From IMG/VR virus record IMGVR_UViG_3300032116_014939, positions 62,001-126,000 of that record: 64,000 nucleotides of DNA; one strand, 5' to 3'. Each line of letters opens with the position of its first letter. Within the stretch, counting starts at the first letter, position 1. Shown piece by piece: positions 36,805 to 46,522 of the stretch. The notes beneath the pieces are model-generated. The model saw only the letters and a program-made list of their open reading frames with translations. It was not told the DNA's origin and ran no database searches. The translations under genes and the position numbers were made by a program.

Positions 36805-38985
36805 TTAAGTACGACAAGATATACTATAATCTATTCTTACAGATATAGTTAATACTTCATCTTTATAAACTTCAACACCACCAACAACATCTGATTCAAT
36901 ACTAATTGTATTTGTCAGTAAATTAACCTCGTAAGATTTAATATCAGGTATAGTATTGATTAAAGCGTCAATTGCCGTTTTAAATACTGTTACTGTCGGT
37001 GAATTAGATAAAGATGTTGTTGTAAAGAAAGTACCGGAATAAACCGTTCCGGCAAGTTCTATATCACAATTAAATTTAGCGTATTTAAGTTTACAATCTT
37101 CATGTCCTGTCGTTAATGACAAATACCCCTCATTTAACATTTTTGTAAAATTAAATATTGATGAAGGTAAATATGTTTTATCACCAATTGTATATTTGTA
37201 AGTTGAACTAGCGGTTCTTAATGGGTTACAACTAATATCAATTGATTTAGTTGTTTCACAATTACTTGTACCGCTAACAGTTAATACATAAGTACCCGCA
37301 GTTAAACCTGTAATATATGTACCACTTTGACCATTAACATTATCACTCCAAATAAAATTAAAAGGCCCAATACTTTCATTCAATAACACACTTATTGTCC
37401 CACCACTACCATTTATACAATCAGTGCCGTATAATGCAAATTGGTAAGGAGCTAAATAATCAATTGTAGTTGATGTAGTTTGAGTACATCCTGAAAGATT
37501 TTGAATGGTTACGTCGTAATCACCCGAAGGTAAATTAGTAAAGGTGTATGTTGTTGACGTTGTTGGGTATGAACTAGCCCCATTTGATAATGAATACGTA
37601 TAAAATGTTGAAGATGTATAACTTGGAGTTACTGATATATTAATAGACCCATCATTAAGACCACAATAAGTACTGTTTCCTGTAATAGAAAAATTAAATG
37701 ATGTATCATTTAATACTGTAATATTATTAGTATAAGTACAAGCACTACTACTATCATTAATTGTTAAAGTATATGTACCTGATTCTAAACTGTTAAATGT
37801 ATTGGTTTGAAGTATCGAGGTATTAGTTGTTGTTACACCACTATTATTACTTAAAGAATAAATAAATGGAGGAGTACCACCTAATAATGTAACAGTTATT
37901 GACCCACTATTATATGAACATTGTGAGTTTGAAACTGTTTCAGAAACTAATGAAAAACTTCTTGGGACTAAAAAATCAACCTCCGTTGAAAAACTACATA
38001 ACGAAACATCAGTTACTGTTAGAGTATAACTTCCTGACCCAATATTATTAAATGTTACAGATGTACCATATGTTGTAACTGAATCACCATTACTTAATAA
38101 GTAAAAATACGGAGCCGTTCCACCTGTAATATTAAATGTTATACTCCCGTCAGCATTAAAACAAGTCGGTGGTGTAGTAGTATAAGATATGAATGATATC
38201 GGTTCAGCATTTGTAATAGTTGTTGTTTTAGTTAAACTACATCCATTTGCGTCTATTACAGTTAAATTGTACGAGCCTTGAGTTAATCCAGTCACAAATG
38301 TATCACCAGTACCACCGACAGTAGGTGACCACTCATATATAAATGGTGAAACTCCAGTAATTCCTGTGACATAAATTTTACCACTTTGTTGTGAACAAGA
38401 TGGATTGTTAATAACATAAAATTCAAAATCTAATGTATTTGGATTAGTATGTATTATGACCGACTCTGTTTCACAAGGACAATTACCGTCACCTGTAACT
38501 TCAGCATAATACATACCTTCAGATAAATTTAAAAAAGAATATGAAGTGTTAACTGAAGTTGCTGAAGCATAATAAACATAATCTTTATATAAATTAATTG
38601 TTGCACCAACAAAAGTACCCAATGGATTTTGAATCACACCATTTGTGGTACCTGTAGTAATAACTGTTAAATAAGCACTATCCGGTTGACAAGTTACAAA
38701 TTCTGAAGTTTCAATGTAAGCAGTACTTGCAGAAACAATATTAAAATATATTGGCCCAATAACTTCATTTGTCGGGAATGTTGAAGCGGTAATACTAAAC
38801 CCATAAGTACCCGCGCTTAATCCTGTAACAGAATAAGAACTCGTAGAAAAAGTTGAGGATGGTAATACGTTATTTTCCCAACCAATCGTATAAGGACTTG
38901 AACCAACTAAATTAATAAGTGCGGAACCTGATGATGTGTTTGAACAATCTCCCGTTAAATTTATTGTATAAATAGTATTTGCCAT
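36805..38985 (-). CDS. SprB-repeat structural protein
   Basis: About six C...G.I.....GG..PY.Y.LS.......F..L..G.Y.LTV.D..GC repeats. Confidence 0.7.
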   Translation of the reverse strand: MANTIYTINLTGDCSNTSSGSALINLVGSSPYTIGWENNVLPSSTFSTSSYSVTGLSAGTYGFSITASTFPTNEVIGPIYFNIVSASTAYIETSEFVTCQPDSAYLTVITTGTTNGVIQNPLGTFVGATINLYKDYVYYASATSVNTSYSFLNLSEGMYYAEVTGDGNCPCETESVIIHTNPNTLDFEFYVINNPSCSQQSGKIYVTGITGVSPFIYEWSPTVGGTGDTFVTGLTQGSYNLTVIDANGCSLTKTTTITNAEPISFISYTTTPPTCFNADGSITFNITGGTAPYFYLLSNGDSVTTYGTSVTFNNIGSGSYTLTVTDVSLCSFSTEVDFLVPRSFSLVSETVSNSQCSYNSGSITVTLLGGTPPFIYSLSNNSGVTTTNTSILQTNTFNSLESGTYTLTINDSSSACTYTNNITVLNDTSFNFSITGNSTYCGLNDGSINISVTPSYTSSTFYTYSLSNGASSYPTTSTTYTFTNLPSGDYDVTIQNLSGCTQTTSTTIDYLAPYQFALYGTDCINGSGGTISVLLNESIGPFNFIWSDNVNGQSGTYITGLTAGTYVLTVSGTSNCETTKSIDISCNPLRTASSTYKYTIGDKTYLPSSIFNFTKMLNEGYLSLTTGHEDCKLKYAKFNCDIELAGTVYSGTFFTTTSLSNSPTVTVFKTAIDALINTIPDIKSYEVNLLTNTISIESDVVGGVEVYKDEVLTISVRIDYSISCRT

Positions 38986-41948
38986 TATCCTTGTATCTGT
39001 ATATTATATAATATGTTTATATCACTTATAACAACATCATCAAATCCGCATATTGTTGATATTAATTGTAATTGACTTGTATTACTATCATAAACTATTT
39101 GTACACCAGCATCATTATTAATTCCACTGTTTGCAAAATATACTAATCCTTGATTAATTGTGTTAACCCATTGTGTTTCTGTTGGTAGGATAGAAGTGTA
39201 ATAGTAGGTTGGCCCATTATTATACTCAAATGTATATTCTTCACCTGTGTCAACGTGAGTTAATGTAAAACCAAATCCATAAGTTGCACTAACAATAGTA
39301 TACCCTGCGGTAAACCCTTGTTCAGTAGCCAACTGTTGTGCAACAATATTTAAACCATCCCCAATATTTTGAATTGATGGTATATCAATATTAAACGTAT
39401 ATGAGTCACAACCATTAGTTTGTAAAGTTCCCGTTGTAACTGGCCCTACAACTTCTTGTAATACCAATTGACAACCTCTTTGCATTCGATAAATAAACTT
39501 CTGTCTATGGAATATTGAATTTTCAAACTTTGTTCCTGTATTCCAAATAGTTGTTGCTGGGACAAATTGTTCAATTAATTTAATCCAAAAATCACCTAAT
39601 CCATTAATATACTCAATCATATTTTGATAACCAAAATTATCATTAGTTAATCCTGTATCTTGATACATTGTAAGGTATTTCCAAAATAGTGATTGTAATG
39701 TTGGATAACCACTTGTTTTTCCGTCGGATGAAAATTGTCGATTTCTAACATTTATCATGTTTAACCAAAATGTTTTATAAAACTCATAAAAAGTTTTATT
39801 TTGTGGTTGTGGGTTAATAAAAGTCCAATCAATACCACCTATCTGTGGATATGGTGTAGATAATCCTGTGTAAGGTATTGGGTAATTTTTGGTTGACGAA
39901 ACATACCAAACATCATAAGCAAGAGCTTGAGCTGGATTTAAGAATATTTCAATATTCTTAACATTAAGTAATAACCTATCAGTTGATATTGGGTAATAAG
40001 CATTAAACAAATTATCAATATTTTTTCTTAATCCAACATCTTCATTAGTCCAACTCTTTTTATTATCCTGAACTTTTTTAAGATTAAATCCCATATCCAT
40101 GAATGGGAAATTTCTAAATCTATCTAAGAATTTTTGACCATATGTGAATGGTTCTAAGCTAGTCTGAATGTTAACATTTTGTCCTGTATATACACTTGTA
40201 TTATAATTAATTTCTTCAGGTGCTCTATGTTGTACTGTAGATTCAATCCAACCAGCACCTTTTTGGAAATAAAAACTTGGTCTACTTGTTGTTCCTTGAG
40301 TAAACGCAGGATTTACAGGATAACCCTCACTGTCAATAGGATAATCAGATAATGTTGTATTTGTCGGAATTGTAACACCTGATTGTGTAAATGCGGTATA
40401 TGTTACCCCTTGGAAATTATACGTATTACCACTATTTAAAACCGTAAACTGTGGGGTATATGTTCCACCTGAAATTTGGGAATACAATAAATTAAATCTT
40501 TCAATATTAATGTTTGTATCCGCCAAATAAACGTTTTCATTAAATTCAACAAGAGCGTTAGGTGCTCCAATAAAACCCAATAAAAATTCAATCGCCTTTC
40601 TTGTACCTTTAGACCTATATAAATAAGATGAATTAAGAATTAAATTTCTAAAATATTGATTGTTTAAATCTTGTTTTGTTTGACTTGTAGAGTAAGCAGG
40701 AAACGCATTATCAGTTGTACCATAAACCGACTCTAAAAAGTCAGCATTTGCAATCGGTGACATTCTGATTGACCAACCAAGTGTTTGGGCTAAATTAGTT
40801 ACTAAACCTGAAGGTATGTCATTTCCAATATTATAATTTACGGAATTAACATATTGTATACCATCAATATATTTTTTAGTCTCATCGAAACTTCTACCAT
40901 AAATTTTTAAAGTCTTATCAACCTTCTCATCTACAGTATCAAATTCCTTTAACGCATTTGTTGTGTAAAATCTAGATACTAAATTTGTTTTATTTTCATC
41001 ATAACTTGCACCTAATATCTGTAATTCAGATATATAATTTTCATATCCAAAAGAACTAATATCAATATTCCATACACCACCTAATGGCCAAGTAATTGAG
41101 CGTACAACATTTGAAATGTAACCATCATCCGATTCAGATGGTGTTTGATATTGGTACGTATATATTGGGTTAGAGTATCTATTTAATAACGCTTCTTCAA
41201 TTTCTCCTAACTCAAGATTAAAAACTTCATTTACTATAGTATCATTTGGTCTAACAACAAAATTTTGAGAAAATGTTGTTAATCCACTAAATGGGTTACC
41301 TTTAACATATATTGTTAGGTCGGTTGAAAAATCAGAGGTTGTATCAATATAATTTAACTCATAACTTTGCCCGCTAAGAAATAATGAATAACTTCTAAAT
41401 TGATTTGTTAAATTTCTATATTTTGAAACAGGAAATCCTAAACTACTAATAAAAACAGTGGCATTAATTCTATAATCAATATTAAAAGGATTACTTATTG
41501 TTTGCCAAGGAATAGTTAATACAGTTTCATCTAAATTACCATTATAACTAATATTAACCGCAGTATTTGCAGTTGTTGAACCTGATGTATAATTTCTTAT
41601 TTCTAACGCCGCTGGAAAATAATTTAAGACATTATTAATCGCAACTTCTAATCGTTTACTTAATGAACCATAGGATACAAAATTTGTAACATCAGTTTCA
41701 TCAAAATTTGGGTATAATCTGAAATTATTGTTATAAACAGATGCCGCTAATTCAGGTGTTAAATTTAAATCATCATTATTAAATAATGATGAAAATGTAC
41801 CAGTTTCAAAATTTCTATTAACTTTTTCCGTAATACTTGTTGAAAATTCAAAAGTACCAAGCGTAAGTCCCCCACCATCAGTCAGTTGTAAACCAACAAG
41901 ATTATCCGAAAAGTTTCTATTTTGTGGTGGACATTTATAAGTCGCCAT
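38985..41948 (-). CDS. Baseplate wedge protein (gp7 / P2 gpI-like core)
   Basis: LVTNLAQTLGW...YLYRSKGTRKAIEFLL...EF.E and IEQFVPATTI motifs; lies within the baseplate cluster. Confidence 0.55.
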   Translation of the reverse strand: MATYKCPPQNRNFSDNLVGLQLTDGGGLTLGTFEFSTSITEKVNRNFETGTFSSLFNNDDLNLTPELAASVYNNNFRLYPNFDETDVTNFVSYGSLSKRLEVAINNVLNYFPAALEIRNYTSGSTTANTAVNISYNGNLDETVLTIPWQTISNPFNIDYRINATVFISSLGFPVSKYRNLTNQFRSYSLFLSGQSYELNYIDTTSDFSTDLTIYVKGNPFSGLTTFSQNFVVRPNDTIVNEVFNLELGEIEEALLNRYSNPIYTYQYQTPSESDDGYISNVVRSITWPLGGVWNIDISSFGYENYISELQILGASYDENKTNLVSRFYTTNALKEFDTVDEKVDKTLKIYGRSFDETKKYIDGIQYVNSVNYNIGNDIPSGLVTNLAQTLGWSIRMSPIANADFLESVYGTTDNAFPAYSTSQTKQDLNNQYFRNLILNSSYLYRSKGTRKAIEFLLGFIGAPNALVEFNENVYLADTNINIERFNLLYSQISGGTYTPQFTVLNSGNTYNFQGVTYTAFTQSGVTIPTNTTLSDYPIDSEGYPVNPAFTQGTTSRPSFYFQKGAGWIESTVQHRAPEEINYNTSVYTGQNVNIQTSLEPFTYGQKFLDRFRNFPFMDMGFNLKKVQDNKKSWTNEDVGLRKNIDNLFNAYYPISTDRLLLNVKNIEIFLNPAQALAYDVWYVSSTKNYPIPYTGLSTPYPQIGGIDWTFINPQPQNKTFYEFYKTFWLNMINVRNRQFSSDGKTSGYPTLQSLFWKYLTMYQDTGLTNDNFGYQNMIEYINGLGDFWIKLIEQFVPATTIWNTGTKFENSIFHRQKFIYRMQRGCQLVLQEVVGPVTTGTLQTNGCDSYTFNIDIPSIQNIGDGLNIVAQQLATEQGFTAGYTIVSATYGFGFTLTHVDTGEEYTFEYNNGPTYYYTSILPTETQWVNTINQGLVYFANSGINNDAGVQIVYDSNTSQLQLISTICGFDDVVISDINILYNIQIQG

Positions 41949-42853
41949 TAAGCTGTGATATTATCAAAATTTTTAGTTGTATCAATATTACTTCCTCTAT
42001 TTTGTCTAACCTCATATAACAACTCATTAAATTGACTTCTAATTTCATACAAATTGTATTGTTTGTAAATGTTGTTATTTGTGTCATAAATGGTGTATAT
42101 ACCATCTTCAATAGATTTAGTTTGATTACCATAAAGAGCAATTGCCAATGTTGAGATATCATTTTCAACAATTTCAACTTCAATCATTATTGGGTCAAAA
42201 AAAGTATTTGTTAAAATAATATTTTGTCCCGCAGCTCCAATATAAGGTGTTGCATTTGGTTTGTTTGAGGGTGATGAACTTGGTGAAACTGTACAAAATA
42301 AAAGATTAGTTTCACCATCACTATAAACCCATCTTTGTGCTTTATCTGATGTATTATTAGTATTTGCAACTACCGCCTCACAATAAAATGAAGAAGTAAT
42401 TATTCTAAAAAAATTAGTATTTTTTGTACCATCACTATTCAAATATTCTATTCGATAACCCACCAATCCTTGTGGAACAAACCTGTTTAAAAATTCTTGG
42501 GGTACATTTGTTAAATCGATAATAATACCCTTAACATTTGGTAATGCTTGTAATACCCCACAATCAAGAATTTCAGTTCTAATTTGAACTGGTCTAATTA
42601 ATAGGTTATAAATTCCAAGATTATTAAATTCTGAAGATGGTAATTTTAAATTATACATCCCACCTAAAATTTCATTTGTTTGCCCACCAATCGCAGGATT
42701 ACTAAAATAAGGTTGTAACAACTCAAGAGCATCTAATTTTTTCAAGATGAAATTATTAGTGAAATCTCTTGATGGTGTATAATTCATTATTATTTCCACA
42801 TCAGCTGGACTTACATCCGCCAATCTTACTGTTCCATAATTACCTGTTGCCAT
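41948..42853 (-). CDS. Hypothetical structural protein (baseplate cluster)
   Basis: Clean ORF, translationally coupled to the next gene, preceded by TATTTAT. Confidence 0.5.
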   Translation of the reverse strand: MATGNYGTVRLADVSPADVEIIMNYTPSRDFTNNFILKKLDALELLQPYFSNPAIGGQTNEILGGMYNLKLPSSEFNNLGIYNLLIRPVQIRTEILDCGVLQALPNVKGIIIDLTNVPQEFLNRFVPQGLVGYRIEYLNSDGTKNTNFFRIITSSFYCEAVVANTNNTSDKAQRWVYSDGETNLLFCTVSPSSSPSNKPNATPYIGAAGQNIILTNTFFDPIMIEVEIVENDISTLAIALYGNQTKSIEDGIYTIYDTNNNIYKQYNLYEIRSQFNELLYEVRQNRGSNIDTTKNFDNITA

Positions 42854-42889
42854 TTTTTACCTTATTAGTATAAATATTAATTTTTAATT

Positions 42890-43975
42890 TTATTGACTGT
42901 TTTGTATGTTGAAAAAATTATATCCGTAATTTACCAAATCCGACATTGTTGAAACTTCACCAATTCTTCTGAAGTTTTCCAACGCAGAGTTTTTACCTCG
43001 TTCAACAAAAACACTTGAAAATAATTGAGGTTGGTCTATTACATTCATAAGAACTTCATTCTTTGTAATAGCACTTTGAACTAACATATCTGAAGTTAAT
43101 CCTGAAGAAGCCACAACAAAAATTGATGTCCCACCCGAAAAGTCAATATAGTCAGTATTGTTTATAGTATATCCTGTTTGTTGTGACGTTAAATAATTAA
43201 CAACACCATACCCACCTCCAGGTAAATTAACCGTCTGCCCCACTTGGTATTGTGTCGGCCCATACAATGATAAATCCTCTAATCTTGACGTTGTTACCCC
43301 TGTAATAAAATAAGGTACTTGTCCATAGTATGAACCTATTTGATACGCAATTTCATTATATGAATCCGCAGTGTAAATAAAATTATATGTTTGAGGACTG
43401 GCACTCCAACTTCCACTTGTATTTGCAAAAGTCACAGTTCCATATGGATTTGAGTTGTCCACAGGTGAATAAGGAACATTAACTGTTTTTGTTGTCGTAA
43501 CAGTCCCCCACATGTTTTCTTGTCTTAATGTAATGGTGTAACTTGTTGGGTTAGGTAAAGGATTTGCATAAGTGTGATTTATAAATTCAGGATAAAAAGA
43601 ATTTATAACTTGTGAACTCCCATCACCCCAATCTATTGTATATGTTGAGTCAATTAAATAAACTGCACCCTCACTTGAGTTATTAAATAAACTAACAGTG
43701 TATGGACTTTCAGTTGACGCAGTAAATGAAAAGTTTGCAGAAATAACTTGTTGTGTAATATTCCCATCAAATCCATCATAGTAACCAATGTCTTGATACT
43801 TTTGTTTTAATAAAATAGGAAATGTAAGTCCTGTAAGTAATGATGTTCCACCAGTATTACCTTGTAATATACTTGTCAATCCAGTATATACTCCAAAAGT
43901 ATACCCACTAGATGTTACTTGTACAATATCTGATTCTAAAAATTCAGGAGATATTTTAATTTTAATTATTTCCAT
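42890..43975 (-). CDS. Structural protein with PKD-like motif
   Basis: YTIDWGDGS....NHTY...YTITL. Confidence 0.5.
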   Translation of the reverse strand: MEIIKIKISPEFLESDIVQVTSSGYTFGVYTGLTSILQGNTGGTSLLTGLTFPILLKQKYQDIGYYDGFDGNITQQVISANFSFTASTESPYTVSLFNNSSEGAVYLIDSTYTIDWGDGSSQVINSFYPEFINHTYANPLPNPTSYTITLRQENMWGTVTTTKTVNVPYSPVDNSNPYGTVTFANTSGSWSASPQTYNFIYTADSYNEIAYQIGSYYGQVPYFITGVTTSRLEDLSLYGPTQYQVGQTVNLPGGGYGVVNYLTSQQTGYTINNTDYIDFSGGTSIFVVASSGLTSDMLVQSAITKNEVLMNVIDQPQLFSSVFVERGKNSALENFRRIGEVSTMSDLVNYGYNFFNIQNSQ

Positions 43976-43977
43976 TT

Positions 43978-44733
43978 TTATACTGTAGGTGGATTTTTAT
44001 ACTCATACCAATTATTCGTTGAAAGTGGATTTTGTGTATCAATATTATTTATTGTATATGTTTGTTGAGTAAAATTAAAATTAACTTCTCTCATAAAATA
44101 ATCAGTCGTCAATCGATATGGTGTCGATGAATCGGTCTGTTTTTTTGTTGTAAATGTTGTAAAAGTTCCATCCGAACCATCAAAAAATTTAACAGTCATA
44201 TACAATTTTGTTAAATTTAATATTTCAGGATTTTCAAACCAATAAAGGTAAAAACCTTCAGGATTAGTTAATGGGTTCAAACTATAACTAGGTATTGATA
44301 GTTTACCCGTTCCTTGATTATTTCCTAAATCAACATCTGTAGTATCATTTTTTTTGTTTAAAATAACAGTTAGAAAATTTCTTCTTCTTAAAGTATTTTG
44401 ACTATCGTAGAAATCAATCTTGAAAAATGATTTCATAAATGCAGTTGTCTTATTTAAAACTTGAGGTTGTGTAAATCTTCCTGATTCAACATAACTATTT
44501 ACCCAATCAGTATCACCACTGTTTTTAAAATTAAAAACATACTTAAAAGGATATGGATATGAAAATCTTGCGGTTTCATAATTTTCAGGTTCACCAATTA
44601 TTTCAGTAATAATTTGTTCCTCATACAAATTAAGAGCATCTTCTCTATCCAAAAAGTCCCAATTCATATTGATTGGGATATTAATACCCTTATCAATATT
44701 TGTTTTTAATATTTTAAAATTATTCACAACCAT
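43978..44733 (-). CDS. Hypothetical structural protein
   Basis: Clean ORF overlapping its neighbour in the structural operon. Confidence 0.45.
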   Translation of the reverse strand: MVVNNFKILKTNIDKGINIPINMNWDFLDREDALNLYEEQIITEIIGEPENYETARFSYPYPFKYVFNFKNSGDTDWVNSYVESGRFTQPQVLNKTTAFMKSFFKIDFYDSQNTLRRRNFLTVILNKKNDTTDVDLGNNQGTGKLSIPSYSLNPLTNPEGFYLYWFENPEILNLTKLYMTVKFFDGSDGTFTTFTTKKQTDSSTPYRLTTDYFMREVNFNFTQQTYTINNIDTQNPLSTNNWYEYKNPPTV

Positions 44734-46522
44734 CTGTAATTGGGTCGTTAACTTGTGTAGTGTTTATATTATTAACATTACTTCCTTCAGGTATTAATCT
44801 AAAAATGAAGTTTTCATGCACATAATGTTTGTTATTTAAAAAAGGTCTATCAACACCTCGTCCAATATCATCAATGAAACCATAAGGATATATATCTCTC
44901 CATCTGAAATCATTATTATAACTTGAGAAGAAAGCGTAAGTAGGTAAATTAACTAAAGGAAAATTTTGAGGATTACTTTCGTCACTTTGTTCTACATAAT
45001 CAGAAAAAACTCTTATTTGAAACTTATAATGTGGTTTATAGTAATAACCTTCAGTATTTGGATTCGATTCACCAATAGGTGATGTTTTAAATATTTTTTG
45101 ATTAAAATTTATTTTTTGGTAATATTCAGACAAAACAGTTTCAGTTTGTGTCATATCATTCCATTCACAAATATCCCCATCAAGAGTATCTCCAACATTA
45201 TATGGTAAATTGTAATAAAATCTTAAAGTGGTACCACCAGGTGATGTTTTATCATAAAAACTAGTTTGAACGTTTGTTAACGCTAACGTGTTTGTATCGT
45301 TCCACCATGTATTTAAATTTGGCCCGAGATTAAACTCCCATCCCTGTTTTAACCCCACCCCATTAACAATTGGTTTATTAAAAAATCCAAAATATCCTCT
45401 GTTTACTACTGTAGTATAAAATTCAGTGACAGGTCTATTTAAATTATCTAAAAGGTTATTTATATCAACATCGTTTTTAAATGATAAGTTATAACTTTGT
45501 GAACCCTCTTTTATTGAAATTCTTGGACTCAAGTTTGGAGTTAATGCCTTTGACTCATATTTTGTATTTGTACCAAATGGATTATTTTCAAAACCTGTTT
45601 TTGTTAATTCTGATTCATTGTAACTTGTAATAACTTTGTGTCTTCTTACGTAATATTTTGATTTTGATTCAGGATTACCTTTAGTTGTAATTCGTTTCAT
45701 TAATCCAATTGCACCATCATAAAAATTACCACAATCAGCATAACCTAAATTATATATTGTGAATATTCTATCTTGATTATTCGCATATGAATCACCTAAA
45801 GTATAAACATCAAAGGTATTATTAGTGTTACAAGAAATTGTTAATTCAACACTATCACCTTCACTTAAATTATGATTAAATGGACACGTAAATTGAATTA
45901 CAGGTTTACCATTTATAAATTCATTACTTACTACAAATGGAATTCCATTCCCAATAATCCAATCAAAAGTATTACCATCATCTAATAAAATTTGTAATTG
46001 TTTTGTATAATCACTTTCAAAAGGATATGTTAGATAAAAAAACCAATTGTAAAACGTTGCCTCTAAAGTATTAAATGGTACATGTGGAGTTTGGTTATTT
46101 TGAATGGTTGTATATCCAGGAACATTATAATCCGTTCTTATAAACTCAAACTCATGATATTGTGGTAAACCAGCCCAAGCAATTTCAAAACTAGGGTCAG
46201 GATTACTATTTTGTAAAATTCTATACGTTTCAGGACTTATATAATATAAGTTCCTATTAATTGGTGAATACGGATTTGTAATTGGTTGTGTTAAACCAGA
46301 ATAAGCATTTTCAAAAAGAAGGGTAAACTTACAAGTAAAATTAAAAATTGTTGATTGTTGCCTTTCGGTGTCAAACCTTAAAGCCAAATCAATTCCTAAA
46401 TTTCTTTCATACTCGGTGAGTTCCTTTAGAGTACTATCCAAAGTAACATTAATTTTAGTATCAATGTCAGGAGCACTTGCATATCTTGCAGTACCTTTTA
46501 ATATTTGAAAATTATCATTCAA
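44720..46522 (-). CDS. Hypothetical structural protein
   Basis: Clean 600-aa ORF overlapping both neighbours. Confidence 0.45.
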   Translation of the reverse strand: MNDNFQILKGTARYASAPDIDTKINVTLDSTLKELTEYERNLGIDLALRFDTERQQSTIFNFTCKFTLLFENAYSGLTQPITNPYSPINRNLYYISPETYRILQNSNPDPSFEIAWAGLPQYHEFEFIRTDYNVPGYTTIQNNQTPHVPFNTLEATFYNWFFYLTYPFESDYTKQLQILLDDGNTFDWIIGNGIPFVVSNEFINGKPVIQFTCPFNHNLSEGDSVELTISCNTNNTFDVYTLGDSYANNQDRIFTIYNLGYADCGNFYDGAIGLMKRITTKGNPESKSKYYVRRHKVITSYNESELTKTGFENNPFGTNTKYESKALTPNLSPRISIKEGSQSYNLSFKNDVDINNLLDNLNRPVTEFYTTVVNRGYFGFFNKPIVNGVGLKQGWEFNLGPNLNTWWNDTNTLALTNVQTSFYDKTSPGGTTLRFYYNLPYNVGDTLDGDICEWNDMTQTETVLSEYYQKINFNQKIFKTSPIGESNPNTEGYYYKPHYKFQIRVFSDYVEQSDESNPQNFPLVNLPTYAFFSSYNNDFRWRDIYPYGFIDDIGRGVDRPFLNNKHYVHENFIFRLIPEGSNVNNINTTQVNDPITDGCE

